A stretch of DNA of 64,000 nt. Origin: an uncultured Nitrososphaerales archaeon (GTDB taxonomy: Archaea; Thermoproteota; Nitrososphaeria; Nitrososphaerales; Nitrososphaeraceae). The DNA lies in the NCBI GenBank assembly GCA_963841565.1, contig CAWJCY010000009.1, positions 1 to 64,000 on the forward strand. The letters run 5' to 3'. Position numbers and translations under genes: made by a program. Below are positions 1 through 12,118 of the stretch, piece by piece. The first letter of the stretch is position 1; each line of letters starts with the position of its first letter. The notes beneath the pieces are model-generated. The model searched no databases. It worked only from the letters and a program-made list of their open reading frames with translations, and was not told the DNA's origin.

Positions 1-1330
1 CTATTCTATATATATGTCCATCTGAATAGGTTAAGACGTATACGTAGCCATCGAAGCCTGTCTCAACGTCGGTGATCCTACCGCTAAATCCGCTGGCAAA
101 AAGCGCAGGAGATAGATCATCTTGAGGATCAGCAATTAAATCGGTTAAATCGGTGTGACCAGACGTAGACGAATCAATTCTAATCCCAGTCCTATTGTCG
201 TCTATTTTGAAGAAATACAGATCGCCAGCATTGATATCGCCTATGAAAATATTGTTTGAGAATTTATCCCCAAGTTTAGATGAATTATAGAACTCTAGAT
301 CAGTAACGCCAATTGGTTTGACCCAACTAAATTTTGGATCAGAATAGTATGAATTATTTATCATTACTAGATCATTTTCGCTGAAATTTTTGTTCCTATA
401 TAATGGTCCCATAATCTTGTACCAGCCGCTATTAAATCCGGGTTTCACTAAGTTAATTTCATCAAATTTATCTTCTCCATTTTCAGTATCCCAAAGGCTT
501 CCAGTGATAGGATCAAACGATATGCCAAAGCTATTCCTGATCCCGTATGCATAGTAATAATCCAGATTGGAATTATCAATGAGATCGTTCTGGCTCTGGT
601 TTTTGAACGGGTTACTTGATGATGGATTTCCATTTAAAGGATTAATGCGTATTATGACTGATGCATTATTTGGAGTAGCATCACTGTCAGGTACATGATT
701 TTGTAGTATAGTAGAAGGGCTAGTAAGATCACCAATTACTACATACAGCTGTTCGTCTGGACCAACCTTAATCTTGCCACCATTATGGTATGGACCAGGC
801 TCTCCGGGCAAATCTAACAGAAGTACTGGGTTAATAAGGTCTGTTCCGTTCCAATTGTATCTATAGACTCTATTCCTGACACTGTCTCCTTCGCTATTCT
901 TGTTTGTTTCCTCTGTTAGGTAAATAAAGACATAATCGTCAATTTTTGTTTGTCCAATTCCTCTCTTAAGTATATCGATTCCAAGTAAGCCACGTTCTGC
1001 TTTTGGGTCAACTCTGACGCTCAATGCTGGATTTTTTTCAAGAGTTCCGTTATTTACTACTCTAACCAATCCAGTATCCTTTTCCAGGACCAGAATAGTA
1101 TCTTCATCCACAAATGTCATACTGGTAGGTTGGGATAAGCCATCGGCATAGAGTTCAATTCTTAAGTCATTGTCATCACTTTGATAAAGATAAGGGGCCT
1201 GAGATATTTCACTGTAAATTCGACTGGAAGTGGGAAAATAATTAATAACCAATAGAGAACTGGGAATAATTATTATGATAATGATAACCAGAATCCTTGC
1301 AACTCTATTATTTTCAAGAGGATTGAACAA
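1..1330 (-). CDS. PQQ-dependent sugar (glucose/sorbosone) dehydrogenase family protein, 3' end runs off window
   Basis: Manual translation from TTG 1330: N-terminal TM, then GLSQPTSMTF, AERGLLGI, PGPYHNGGKIKVGPD, YAYGIRNSFGISFDP, DTENGEDKFDEINLV, GHIYRI; absent from ORF track because no stop lies in the window. Confidence 0.9.
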   Translation of the reverse strand, partial: MFNPLENNRVARILVIIIIIIIPSSLLVINYFPTSSRIYSEISQAPYLYQSDDNDLRIELYADGLSQPTSMTFVDEDTILVLEKDTGLVRVVNNGTLEKNPALSVRVDPKAERGLLGIDILKRGIGQTKIDDYVFIYLTEETNKNSEGDSVRNRVYRYNWNGTDLINPVLLLDLPGEPGPYHNGGKIKVGPDEQLYVVIGDLTSPSTILQNHVPDSDATPNNASVIIRINPLNGNPSSSNPFKNQSQNDLIDNSNLDYYYAYGIRNSFGISFDPITGSLWDTENGEDKFDEINLVKPGFNSGWYKIMGPLYRNKNFSENDLVMINNSYYSDPKFSWVKPIGVTDLEFYNSSKLGDKFSNNIFIGDINAGDLYFFKIDDNRTGIRIDSSTSGHTDLTDLIADPQDDLSPALFASGFSGRITDVETGFDGYVYVLTYSDGHIYRI

Positions 1331-1712
1331 TGTTTAGTTTCGGTTTAGGACAGTGTCTAATTTAAGAATTTACTCAGAGAGATTTCCTATTCAATATTAG
1401 TTTCCAAATAAAGAGATTATTCGCATTTAGACCTCCTGAATGGATCAGATGTAAGGAATGTGTGACATAAACGCTTTCAATTTGCATGATTGAAATCAGA
1501 ATTGTATTTGCGTATGTATTAGGATGTTTGTTACTTTCGTTCTCTTCTGTTAGAGCTCAGCTTATCTAATTCGAATCTTATCATCGACGAAGTGTTAGAG
1601 AACATGATGATAAATCATCATGAAAGGAAGCTTAAAGTACTTACTCCCACTTCCACCCTTCCTACCATATGAGTCATTTGGACATATATGAATTAACTAT
1701 AGACAGTGAACA

Positions 1713-1839
1713 GTTCCAATTCTGACTCCTCCCAGGTCGATTCCTTGTCAGGGCAAGGGTTAGGTTCGTCTATCGATAGAACTATGATCAATCTGTCCCC
1801 GGCATCGTTATCGGACGGGTCAGTTTGTTGGATTGGAAT
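1713..1839 (+). ncRNA. candidate structured RNA element
   Basis: GC-rich intergenic island with nested stems: GTTCCAAT/ATTGGAAT, CTGACTC/GGGTCAG, AGGTCGAT/ATCAATCT, TCCTTG/CAAGGG. Confidence 0.3.
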
Positions 1840-2251
1840 TCCTTTCTAATTGCTTCTGAGGCTGTGTTATAGTATCATAATTAACGAGCAATGTTTATTG
1901 AATCAATTAATCGGTCCTTAATCAGGACCTAAGTAAAATAGCTTTAGAGCAGAGATTTTGTTTTATGCTATAGATCGTGTAATGTTACTCTGATTGGATT
2001 TATCAGCGGCTGTCATCAGGGTATTCACATTGTCCAAAGAAAATGGATTTAAGATAGTTCATATAACGTGTTATAAGAGTGGACTTAGTAGTTCATAGTT
2101 CATAGTTAGTCGAAACTGGTGATGATACTAGGCTCTGGCTCGCCTTAAGAGCGCTATCAACTTAAGAAGATCGTTGGTTTTTTCTAAATAAAAATGAGGG
2201 CGATAGCTTTAAACCTAATGCAACTTCCAATGATAGAGATTATATCACTAT

Positions 2252-2518
2252 TCATGCGATTTGATCAGCCATTAAGGTGTGTGTGAAGGAAATTTCCCTA
2301 ATCTTCACCATGTCTTTCCCGATGACTTCTCTCAATAGATCCAAATCGCTTCCAGATAGCTTTACCACTATGTCATAGACGCCTGTGACGCGTTCCACCT
2401 CTTCCACGCATGGTAGTTTCGCTATTTGTTCCATGGCTTTGTCTTCAAAGCCGATTTCACACGTGACCAACACATATGCTACTGGCATAATCTCTACACT
2501 TAGTGTATATGCAATCAC
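2252..2518 (-). CDS. Lrp/AsnC ligand-binding domain protein
   Basis: AYVLVTCEIG...VEEVERVTGVYDIVVKL is typical of a stand-alone RAM domain; real start probably MPVAYV (ATG 2488). Confidence 0.85.
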   Translation of the reverse strand: MIAYTLSVEIMPVAYVLVTCEIGFEDKAMEQIAKLPCVEEVERVTGVYDIVVKLSGSDLDLLREVIGKDMVKIREISFTHTLMADQIA

Positions 2519-3134
2519 TAGTTAATTAATTGACGGGGAATAATTGACATATCACTAGTGATAAATGGAAGGGTTTGAGCGTGGGACTTTCTTACTCTAA
2601 TTAGTAACAGAGAGTTTATTGACCGGGTCTACCCGCTTTTAGCGCCTCTAATACCTCTTCAACTACTCCTATCTATATTATCTACACTCATTGTCCACAG
2701 CATTTCCTATTAAGTAATCGTTTCCTAAGAATTTAGATGACGTTGCTCACCTTGGTTCTCGAATACTGGAAATAGGGCGCTCATAGTGAACACAGCTGGA
2801 TCAAGAGTATTTTTCTCTATCTTGGTATCTGTATATATAGAAACATAATAACTTATGATGAGTGCGGTTGACATTCTGACAATTCCTCTTATTGTTCCAC
2901 CTTGGCAGAAGATTGATCAACTAATTTGACAATAATTTTATTCGTACTCCGATAGGCGTCAGATACTTAGTCATCCTAAAATGCATGATGATCTCAGAAT
3001 ATGGGTGAAGTCAGTTGACAGCTAGTTCATAGAATTATTCCCTAGTTTCATTATTTCTAAGGTTGTTCTAATTTCTTCAAATCGTTCGTGATCCGGAGGA
3101 AATTAATAACACTTCTTGTATCATCCGTTCTTGG

Positions 3135-3347
3135 ATGGAATTGATAAAGATAATTTTCTCCTTAGTTTTACTAACTGTAGTCATTAGCTACTTAGGTTCG
3201 AATATGGTGCTTGCGAGCACTATCCGTATTACACAACAGCAAGCTGAACTTATAGAATGGTGCACTAAAGAGATGGTGAGAGTAACTGATGCTAGTATGG
3301 TTCAAGCTTTGAATGTCTGTGCAGAGTATTATCTAAAGACAGAATGA
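3135..3347 (+). CDS. small secreted/membrane hypothetical protein
   Basis: 70 aa ORF with signal-peptide-like N-terminus and two Cys. Confidence 0.55.
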   Translation: MELIKIIFSLVLLTVVISYLGSNMVLASTIRITQQQAELIEWCTKEMVRVTDASMVQALNVCAEYYLKTE

Positions 3348-3641
3348 CAAGTGTTACCTGCCGTGTAACGTTTTGTTATTCGAAAAGACCTACGTCCATA
3401 TAATTTATCGGAATTTTGCCCTTGCGTAGCTCAACCATTTGCAAGCAGAATTCAAATACTAAACGGTTATTGATGTCAGTGGATTAAACTTGCATATGCC
3501 TCTAGGTGGCCGACCCCTGAAGGACTGCTTTCCAGAGGAAGAATCACCTAATTCACTACTTGCCACTGCGTACGTTGTTTTTCTAGCTCATTTGGTATGC
3601 TCACTTTGCTCGTTAACAATCATGATTGCAACGATCATCAA

Positions 3642-4116
3642 TTAAAATGCTAAGGTCATAAAGTCTTGTTCAACCATAATCTTTTTCAGAATATCCATAG
3701 TTGACTTAAGCATATCTTTTGCAGTAACAATTCCTACTAGTTTGCCTTTGCTATCCAGTACTGGAAGTCTCCTAATATTATTCTGTTGCATCAGATCAGC
3801 GGCTTCTTTTAATGAGGAACTCGTAGTTATTGTCAACAATGGTTTGCTCATTACTTCAGATATTGGCATCGTTGGAGAAAATGTTGATGCGAATCCTACT
3901 ATTCTGGCAATATCCCTTTCTGTTACAATACCTATAGGAACGCTTTCGTTCTCAGCTTCGTCATTGTCCTTGAGAATTATTATGCTTCCAATATTGTTCT
4001 GGTACATCAATTTGGATGTCCTCTTGTAAAGGTTGGTTTTCTGACACAGTTATGACTCGTTTAGTCATTAGATTTGTGATATCTATATTTTTCACTTTTT
4101 CTGCTATGTCTATCAT
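3642..4116 (-). pseudogene. CBS-domain pair protein, frameshifted near 4020
   Basis: MIDIAEKVKNIDITNLMTKRVITVSENQPLQE is in one frame; TSKLMYQNNIGSIII...GIVTERDI...IRRLPV is in another (one extra base). Confidence 0.8.
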
Positions 4117-4553
4117 TGAGATTGTCTCTTTGTTTTACCATACAACGCTTAAAAAGATTAACTATGATAAGTTACATTACGTATGAGAATTGAACGTATT
4201 CAAACATTGCATGAATCGCACTCCGGTTTCGAGACTCCGCTAGAAAGACTCTTAAGTTACTAAATCTGTCTTGTACCTCAATCAGCATTAGATTACTACT
4301 TAGAGATTTTGATATCATAGGATTAGCATGCAAAAAGTAAGGCATGCTTTAGCGTTGTGTTTCTAGCCTGACATATTTTGGATATCGTAATGATGTAGGT
4401 CTCCTAATCATGTAAAATTGGCCATTCATCATGACATGAATTTTCTGATTCGATATGCACACAATAGTTTTTGAATTACAAGTTAGATACTTGCAAGGAT
4501 CATTTCTTCATAGTTCTTAAATAAGCATTAGGATATCCATCTATAAGCTGAAG

Positions 4554-5234
4554 TTGTTTGGTTTAGGAAAGCGGCTAGACAATAGTAAAGAACTAGCTAT
4601 GAGAACAAGTGAAAAATTTTCAATACAACCACTCAGCAGTGACGATATGGGCGAGATTAGAAAAATTCAGGACGTACTAAATCCTGATGAGAACGTGATA
4701 ATTGTTGCTCGTCAATCAAGAATCTTGCCTGGAGGTTCCTACGTTACTCCTAATACTATTTACGCGACTGAAAAGCGGTTAATTATTAGAGACCCGTATA
4801 TGTTAGGCATAAAAGAAAACCTAATCGATATCCCTTATGATGTTGTTACAAGCATTAAGCTTGAAAAAGGATTGTTCTCGTCTACTATAAGATTCGAAGC
4901 TCCTGCCTTAGTTGGTTCCAAAAGGTTAGGTATGATACATGGCATAATTCACGGTAACAATGATCATGAAGGAGTGATACAAGCGATTCCGAAAGCGAAG
5001 GCAGAAGATCTAATAGAAGTAATACGGTTTGGAATGCATCAAAAAGGAATTGAAGGATCTCACAATACTGAAAAAGAGAATTTCTCCGCGTTAGCCCTCA
5101 AGTCTAATCAAATAGGCAGTTATTCAATTGCGGATGAATTGACCAAACTTATTAAACTGAAAGAACAAGGAGTATTGACTGGGGAAGAATTTGACCGCAT
5201 CAAAAAAGATCTTCTAGACAAGAAAGTGAAGTGA
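4554..5234 (+). CDS. bacterial PH-domain protein with C-terminal SHOCT domain
   Basis: TIYATEKRLII...IPYDVVTSIKLEKGLFSSTI (bPH-like); SIADELTKLIKLKEQGVLTGEEFDRIKKDLL (SHOCT). Confidence 0.85.
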   Translation: MFGLGKRLDNSKELAMRTSEKFSIQPLSSDDMGEIRKIQDVLNPDENVIIVARQSRILPGGSYVTPNTIYATEKRLIIRDPYMLGIKENLIDIPYDVVTSIKLEKGLFSSTIRFEAPALVGSKRLGMIHGIIHGNNDHEGVIQAIPKAKAEDLIEVIRFGMHQKGIEGSHNTEKENFSALALKSNQIGSYSIADELTKLIKLKEQGVLTGEEFDRIKKDLLDKKVK

Positions 5235-5385
5235 ACGGGAGGTGTCAGAATTCCCGACGTGGGGGATGGACTGTAAAAACCTTCAATCGACAATAGTAAT
5301 ACCTTTTTCGGAATTTCGACTTGGCTCTAATTTTTATAGGCGTAATAATCACCACCATTATCATCATCATCACCATTATAGTCTC

Positions 5386-5848
5386 TTAGACTAGCTTTTC
5401 AGAATCGGCGATGATTTTTCCCCTCTTTATTCCTAATATGATGTTACCTGTGAGTACGCTGCCGCTGTATACTTTAGCATATTCTTTACCAAGTCCAAGA
5501 AACGATTCCAGAATATTGGATTTAGAATGATATCCAGCTTCAACTATTTTCATATTCAACTTGCTGCTCACTTTAACTATTATATGGCGGGCGAGCAGAC
5601 CACTCTCCTTCCCATGAAATTACTTCAAAAGTTCCAAAGTTTACAGTTGATAGGGTATAGCCGATAAGCCTAGCGTTAAATTTCTTGTTTCTCGTGGCGG
5701 CATAAGTATTCATCCAATTTATTGCTTTTTCTGCCTTGCCCTTCTCTAAAGCAAAATTATCAGATCGTGCCAACCTAGTATGGATACACCAGAACATATA
5801 TACACTATTGGTCCCCTCTAATGTGAACCTGCTTGAGAATGGTGACAA
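5386..5848 (-). pseudogene. hypothetical protein split by a frameshift
   Basis: Two abutting minus ORFs (5573-5848 and 5386-5571) read as one protein with a shift near 5590. Confidence 0.55.
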
Positions 5849-6061
5849 GTATCTGTTAGAAAAGACGAGTGGCGTATCATCATCGCCATATACCCACTTT
5901 CATGATTGATTTTGGTCAAAGATATAGGAGGCCCTTGCGAGAGGGTGTTTTGAAAAGGTGAGGACCAAGTCCACGAACGGCATTCACTTTGAGTTCCTTT
6001 TATCAAATTAATAATATCATCAATATACTTAAAAGTTGAAGACGTTTATCATTTCAAATAG

Positions 6062-6523
6062 ATGGCCACAACTTTAAGAGACATGATGAGGAAAAGGCTT
6101 GAGACTATTGACGATTCAGCTTCCGTCCAAGACACAGCAAAAAAAATGAAGGATAAGGATGTCAGCTCGTTGATAGTAGTCGATAGAGATGGTAAACCTC
6201 AAGGTCTGGTCACTGAACGGGACCTAGTCACCAAAGTATGTGTTAATGATACCTTTACAAGTACTATCACAAATAAGGAGATAATGTCAGTGCCTCTTAT
6301 CACGATTGATTCTACTTCTACCCCTGCAATAGCTGCTGATACGATGTTACGGTACAATGTAAGACATCTGCTTGTCACTGATGACAAAAATAATAGTGAT
6401 AAATCCGATCCAAAACACTTTATTGGGATAATTACTCCTCTCGATTTTGCAAGATTTGAAGAATTTCCAAATGATGAAGTAGGTAAGGATGAAATCGAAA
6501 GAATGCTAGAGTACTATATTTGA
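6062..6523 (+). CDS. CBS domain-containing protein
   Basis: DVSSLIVVDRDGKPQGLVTERDLV, VRHLLV...GIITPLD. Confidence 0.9.
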   Translation: MATTLRDMMRKRLETIDDSASVQDTAKKMKDKDVSSLIVVDRDGKPQGLVTERDLVTKVCVNDTFTSTITNKEIMSVPLITIDSTSTPAIAADTMLRYNVRHLLVTDDKNNSDKSDPKHFIGIITPLDFARFEEFPNDEVGKDEIERMLEYYI

Positions 6524-6588
6524 AGATATTTACACTCGAATTTGCGCAGAGCTAATTAATCAGATATATTGTATTACCTTCAGAGCTC

Positions 6589-7083
6589 ATGATATCCAAT
6601 AGAGGAATCAAGAATATCAGGAAAATATTGCTCCCAATAGACGGGTCGGTGCCTTCAATGAAAGCCGCTCGCTATGGAATCAGTCTTGCTACGAAATTTA
6701 AATCAGATCTAATTGGTTTAACGGTAATTGATCTAATGTCTCTGCCTTACGGATATCTTCTAATTCAACCTGGAACTCGCTCTCAGGTGGATGTATTGGA
6801 AGAAAAAAGAAGAGAAGCTAAAAAATGGTTGGAAGAGGTCGAGAGATCAATGTTAGACATTTTGAAAGAAATGGAGGACACAAAAACAAAATTTAGAGCA
6901 GAAATTCTCGAAGATCCCTTCTCTAAAGTGGAAAATGCAATTATTAAGTTTGCAGAGAATGAAAATGTAGATCTTATAGTAATGGGAAGTAGAGGGAGAT
7001 CAGGCTTTAGAAGAACTCTCTTAGGAAGTGTAGCATCGGCTGTGTTATCGCATGCACGATGTCCTATACTGATTGTACGGTGA
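6589..7083 (+). CDS. universal stress protein (UspA family)
   Basis: KILLPIDGS, DLIVMGSRGRSGFRRTLLGSVA. Confidence 0.95.
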   Translation: MISNRGIKNIRKILLPIDGSVPSMKAARYGISLATKFKSDLIGLTVIDLMSLPYGYLLIQPGTRSQVDVLEEKRREAKKWLEEVERSMLDILKEMEDTKTKFRAEILEDPFSKVENAIIKFAENENVDLIVMGSRGRSGFRRTLLGSVASAVLSHARCPILIVR

Positions 7084-8968
7084 TCCTTTTTTGAGCTCAA
7101 ATGCTAAGATTCAGTAGTGCTTTGAGGTTTAATCCCCTCAGATAATATGCTTAGATTATTGTAAATTCATAAATTGAAGTGGCGCTATTAAAAAGCAATT
7201 CGGTCAGGTAGCAGACAATCCTGAGTTGATGGCAGGTACTAGCAGATCATCTAATCAGGTAATTTAGAAACCACGGTATTTCTGAAATTTAAGTGACTAG
7301 AAAATATGTTACCCAAATGATCGCCTGCATTAGAAATTTGGGTTCTATACCTATGAATTACTTCTGACAAATTGGATATTGCTAGGCAGATACTACAAAT
7401 AATTCTACATTTGACCCGAAGTGCATATTGGAAGCCAGCGCATTATAACGAACTCCTTAAGGGCAAGGTCACTAAATTGTGCTTGATGGGAAAACAAGTT
7501 GTAGTGTAAGGCATCTTTTTATTTTCGAATTCGTCAAACCATGAGTTTTAGGAGCTCCTTCACCCCTGACTTGTTATTCTAGTTCATTCGTCGATGAGTC
7601 AAATAAGTATGAATCCGTACTTTTACTATCTGCTTTAAGGATTCTAGATCTAAATTCAAAATGTGTAATTCATAGATTTACTATCATGTTAAATTTTTAG
7701 TGTAAAAGTCTTGGCGCGTTAATTGAGCTGTAATAAGCCCTTGAATGACATTGACATAGGTGGGATTCAACCTTGAATCTGGATATGCCAGATCATCAAC
7801 GACGGAAAAATCTTCAAGTTTAGGACAGTTTTTAACATCGACATCAATCACAACCCTGAAAGTTTCGTTAAATCCTGCATTTAGATTTCGACTACTGACA
7901 TCAAAGACATGGGATGACGGAAGTGCGCGAGTTATAGTGATGTTTCTTTCGGGGCGCGGGCTATGGTTTTAACCGCAGTCTGAGCTCCGCTAACAGCAAA
8001 GATAGGAGATTGAGTTGACGAAAGGGAACTGACTGCCCTTTTCTCATAGCGGTGTTTCCTGTACCCCCTGTTAAATTCTGCAGGCAAGACCTCATGTATC
8101 CATCGAACGGTTATCAACCTTTTATTGATTTCATCACCTAGCATCTTCTTAATGACGCTGCTACTCTGCCATTTTTCACAAATGTGTAACGTTTGGAGTT
8201 CCTTTGCTATGTCCAATACTAGATTAGAGGCAAAGTTCTACTATGTATGGAGTCTCTCAGTTCCATCACCATTCACTCCAAGGATCTCCTGTTTGGTTTG
8301 GATGGTGCAGGTTCTTCACTCATCTTTATATATCTTCTATCACTATTTTATAACATATTTATTACGTATTGTTCTATTGTAATATATCTAATATAAGTAC
8401 TGAAAGAATGTTAAATGGACAGTTCTTCCCTAGGTGAGCCGCTGAGATAAGGTATAGCAAAAAAACGAGACCCTAACTGTAGTGTAAGGAGTTATATTTT
8501 TTGGTATTATTTTGATACGCTATACATGAATTCAACAACCCCTCATGCCTGATGCTTGATACAATTTATGAGCATATTCTAGAAGCATGCCCTGAAGGAT
8601 ATTTTAAGAAGCTGTATTCATCCTAATAGGATAAAATGTCTCAGTTAAGGCGGATTTCTGGCTGTGACAATAAGTATATCAATCTTTAATAACCGAGGCG
8701 ACGTGTAAATCGATATCAAAATTTAAACTTCATTGACGACTAACCCTCAATGCCAGGCAAGTAAACCGGATAGATTGGGAAGATTGGACATGGACTGAGA
8801 CGAAGAGATCTCAGAGTGACTTAAAGCAAGGCAAAGCGTTAGTTATTAAACCTTATCGTTTCGACTTTCATCTAGATAAGATGATTGTGATTCATCATGA
8901 TTCCTTACAGATGATGGCTACGAAAAGGCATTAAGCATCTAGTTTGTTGCTAATTTCAGCTTTAATCC

Positions 8969-9226
8969 CTAGGGATGGATTACTAACTCCGCCTTTGCAA
9001 ATCTTTCGCCTATAGCAATTATTTTTACTCTAACTTTGTCACCGACTTTTCCATCCTTGACAAATATTACTAATCCTTGAATTTTGGCGATTCCATCGTT
9101 AGTACCACTTTTTCCTCGATCAGTTATTTCTACATCGTACTCATTCCCTACTTCGACAGGCTTTGAAAGTCTGCCATGGGTTCCTAGACTGCTGACACGA
9201 TGCGTGTCATTATTTTGTATCTTCAT
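8969..9226 (-). CDS. single TRAM-domain RNA-binding protein
   Basis: KPVEVGNEYDVEI...DGIAKIQGLVIFVKDGKVGDKVRVKI...FAKAEL. Confidence 0.9.
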   Translation of the reverse strand: MKIQNNDTHRVSSLGTHGRLSKPVEVGNEYDVEITDRGKSGTNDGIAKIQGLVIFVKDGKVGDKVRVKIIAIGERFAKAELVIHP

Positions 9227-9342
9227 TAGAATGCTCTAATTTGAAATTCATTGTTTCACACAAAATATATTGACTTGAAGATAAAGCAGAGGGCAGGAAG
9301 TTTCAGTTTTATGTCTTGGGTTCAGAAGGACAACACTACCAT

Positions 9343-10014
9343 TCAAACTTCGTAAACCGTGATAGGTTTTTCCATAATATCATCATATTTTTCGAAGAAT
9401 GCATAATCTGATTTCTCATTCATGAATAACGAGTGTAATCCTTCTCCCATAAGGGTTTCCACGGTGACACTAATCTCTTCTTTCGTAATAACAGACAAGT
9501 ACGATAAAGAATCAGTTACAAGAATTAGGTTTGTGTTTTCACAACTGTCTACGATATCATATAGGATTGATTCTATATGCCCAAAGAAGCCCAGATCGTA
9601 GTCTTGAATTTTTGGATTAATAATGCATACTGTAGTGGTGATATTGCTAGTATCCTCCCCAAATACCACAGATGATTTTCGCTCACCTTCCATCGGTTCG
9701 GCCTCTTGATTCTGCACTAGTGTGTAATCTTTGTCTTGTCCTTGAGATACAATTTCGTTCAGGTGGTCCTGGGATGAATTTCTAAATCCTACTATAGGAG
9801 AAGTGAACTGATATCCGCCCTGGTTGAAAGTCTGGTTAAATTCAATTTTTTGGTACCCACTCAACTTGAGGAATTTCTCTGCACCTACCATTAATTGACC
9901 TTCAGTAAGCCAGAGATCATTTCTTCCAAGGTTGTCACTAGCTTTTCTCGAAGTTCTATCATAATTCAACCGAAGAAAAAGTGACCGTACACTCATCATT
10001 CTATTCGTTGACAT
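9343..10014 (-). CDS. hypothetical protein
   Basis: 223 aa open frame, no recognised motif. Confidence 0.65.
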   Translation of the reverse strand: MSTNRMMSVRSLFLRLNYDRTSRKASDNLGRNDLWLTEGQLMVGAEKFLKLSGYQKIEFNQTFNQGGYQFTSPIVGFRNSSQDHLNEIVSQGQDKDYTLVQNQEAEPMEGERKSSVVFGEDTSNITTTVCIINPKIQDYDLGFFGHIESILYDIVDSCENTNLILVTDSLSYLSVITKEEISVTVETLMGEGLHSLFMNEKSDYAFFEKYDDIMEKPITVYEV

Positions 10015-10460
10015 CTACATTTCATTGGTGGCTCCGTGTCAATAAAAGGCTATTCATGGGCTGCTATATGACAAAAGCAAGACATGAGTTGGCATAGTGA
10101 AGTGGGGCAAAAGAACTGCGTGAGCTTACACCTATCAAGTTGAAAATCTCATGTCTAGTTATCGATGGTCTTCTTTATATTCACAGGAGGAAGAATGCCT
10201 TAGACAATACGTGAAAATGGATTCTAATTCGAAATTTTTAGATGGCGGAGATTTGTTGGACATGATCAAGGTTTAGTCCTAGTGGAATCAGGCCAGCTGT
10301 TGGATTGCTAGTGAATGGAATCCCTTTTGATACTTTTTAGATGCCGCGTTTAACGCAGATATCTTGTTTTCGAATATGCGATCTCGTCTTCATCTTCTTG
10401 AATGCTTGTGGTACACCATGAATTGATACAAGTGATCTTCACAAAGGAGGGGTTTATCAA

Positions 10461-11066
10461 TTAATTGTTCCCCACACTAACCTCAAGGGCGTCTTTGACA
10501 TTCTTTGTAAATTCTAAGGTAGTTTCAGTGGATTGACTCTTGTATCTCCCTGAAGCCCTAACATAGTGAAGGTAGTCTTGCATTTCATTCTCGTATAGCA
10601 GAACATTGTCTGCAACTATCACCACTCTATCACTTAACAGATTGTTCTTCTCTGCTAGATTTAGATACTTTAAATAATCAGATTTTATAGCATCCAAAAA
10701 CATTAGGTCAAACTTTTGTTTTTGAAGTAGTGGAATCCCCTTTAGCCCATCTACATTAATGACCTCAATAATGTGGGACAGTCCAGCATCTTCAACATTC
10801 TTCATCGCTATACTAGATAGATCTGTATCTTTCTCCATAGTAATCAACTTTCCGTCGTCGGGTAACATATCAGCCATTAAAATTGCAGAATATCCATGTA
10901 ACGTTCCAATTTCGAGTATCGTTTCAGGTTTATGTTTAGAGATAATATCTGCTAATATCTTTCTCTTTACTGGACCTATAGATGGTAAACTCTGCTTCTT
11001 TGCTATTTGCTCCAGGTCCCTTAACACCCGAACAACTTTCGAATTATAAGTCAAGATCTGTATCAA
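10461..11066 (-). CDS. O-methyltransferase (caffeoyl-CoA OMT/YrrM-like)
   Basis: ILEIGTLHGYSA, FDLMFLDA.K..Y, VIVADNV. Confidence 0.9.
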   Translation of the reverse strand: MIQILTYNSKVVRVLRDLEQIAKKQSLPSIGPVKRKILADIISKHKPETILEIGTLHGYSAILMADMLPDDGKLITMEKDTDLSSIAMKNVEDAGLSHIIEVINVDGLKGIPLLQKQKFDLMFLDAIKSDYLKYLNLAEKNNLLSDRVVIVADNVLLYENEMQDYLHYVRASGRYKSQSTETTLEFTKNVKDALEVSVGNN

Positions 11067-11143
11067 ATATGGCCATCATGATTATTCAAAGGTTTCTTAT
11101 TGTTTAGGGATGATCTACGCTTCTTCATTCGATGCTCACTCCA

Positions 11144-11740
11144 TTAACGATCACTATTATCGCTCAATTCATTCTTTGATACCCTAAATTGCGATTTAAA
11201 CTCCTTCAATGTGTCACTATCTATTATACAGAATTCTATAATTTCTAGAGTAGATCCCCCTTTGTCATCGCCTCTATAATGGAGAAAATTCAAAGATTCA
11301 CTCATCAATATAGCGGCACATTTATCCTTAGGAAAACCAAATATCCCTGAGCTTACCGCAGGAATCGCAATGTCTCGAAACTTTCTCTCAGAAGCCAGCA
11401 AAAGACTAGCCCGAATTGCACTTCTAAGCTTTACTTCTTCATCCCCTTCACCCATTCTTGGTCCTACTGCATGTATAACTGCTTTACATGGCAATTTACC
11501 AGAGGTCGTAATTGCAGCAGAACCAACTGGAACAAATCCTATTTTATTACTCTCTTCTTGGATTATCTGCCCTCCTTTCCTCACAATGGCTGCTGCAACT
11601 CCTCCACCGTGTTTAAGATTTGAGTTTGAAGCATTTACGACCGCATCAACGTCTCTAGAAGTAATATCTCCACTAACTAGCCTTATGATTTTGCCATTTT
11701 GTAGTTCAATTTGTTCTACTATTTCTGGACGCTCGATCAA
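11144..11740 (-). CDS. macro domain protein (ADP-ribose binding/hydrolase)
   Basis: GDIT, DAVVNASNSNLKHGGGVAAAI, VIHAVGP, IAIPAVSSGIFGFP. Confidence 0.95.
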   Translation of the reverse strand: MIERPEIVEQIELQNGKIIRLVSGDITSRDVDAVVNASNSNLKHGGGVAAAIVRKGGQIIQEESNKIGFVPVGSAAITTSGKLPCKAVIHAVGPRMGEGDEEVKLRSAIRASLLLASERKFRDIAIPAVSSGIFGFPKDKCAAILMSESLNFLHYRGDDKGGSTLEIIEFCIIDSDTLKEFKSQFRVSKNELSDNSDR

Positions 11741-12118
11741 GCTATTTCATAATATGATATTTATTCAAATTAATAGATTGTTAATGTTTAAACCATGCGA
11801 ATTCCGGCTCCTGAATCAAAGCAAGGCTACCTTACTTGCTTATATCTTTTATCCTATCAAAGTTGACTAAACTATCGTTATCAATAATTCCATTGAATAT
11901 ATTGATTATGACTTGGTCATAATCATAATTAGTAGGGGCTAGACGTAATTATTTAGAGAATTTGTTTACGGTTCCTGTCGTTAGGATTACGAAATACATA
12001 TGCATATGTATATAAGTATCAAACGTGAACTTTTGTTATAAGTATTTGCAATGGGTAATTCAATCTGCTTTGCACATATCGATGTCTGACATGGTTTTTT
12101 TCGAGAGTTATTATCAAT

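Noticed and set aside
448-633. 61-aa ORF from the track
   Set aside because: Alternate frame inside the sugar dehydrogenase gene
2855-2880. C/D box sRNA (ATGATGA...CTGA)
   Set aside because: No convincing C' and D boxes or terminal stem
7760-8382. Three overlapping short ORFs
   Set aside because: No motif and mutually overlapping; cannot choose a real gene
11370-11870. 166-aa + strand ORF, and the many similar antisense ORFs in the track
   Set aside because: Shadow ORFs opposite well-supported genes
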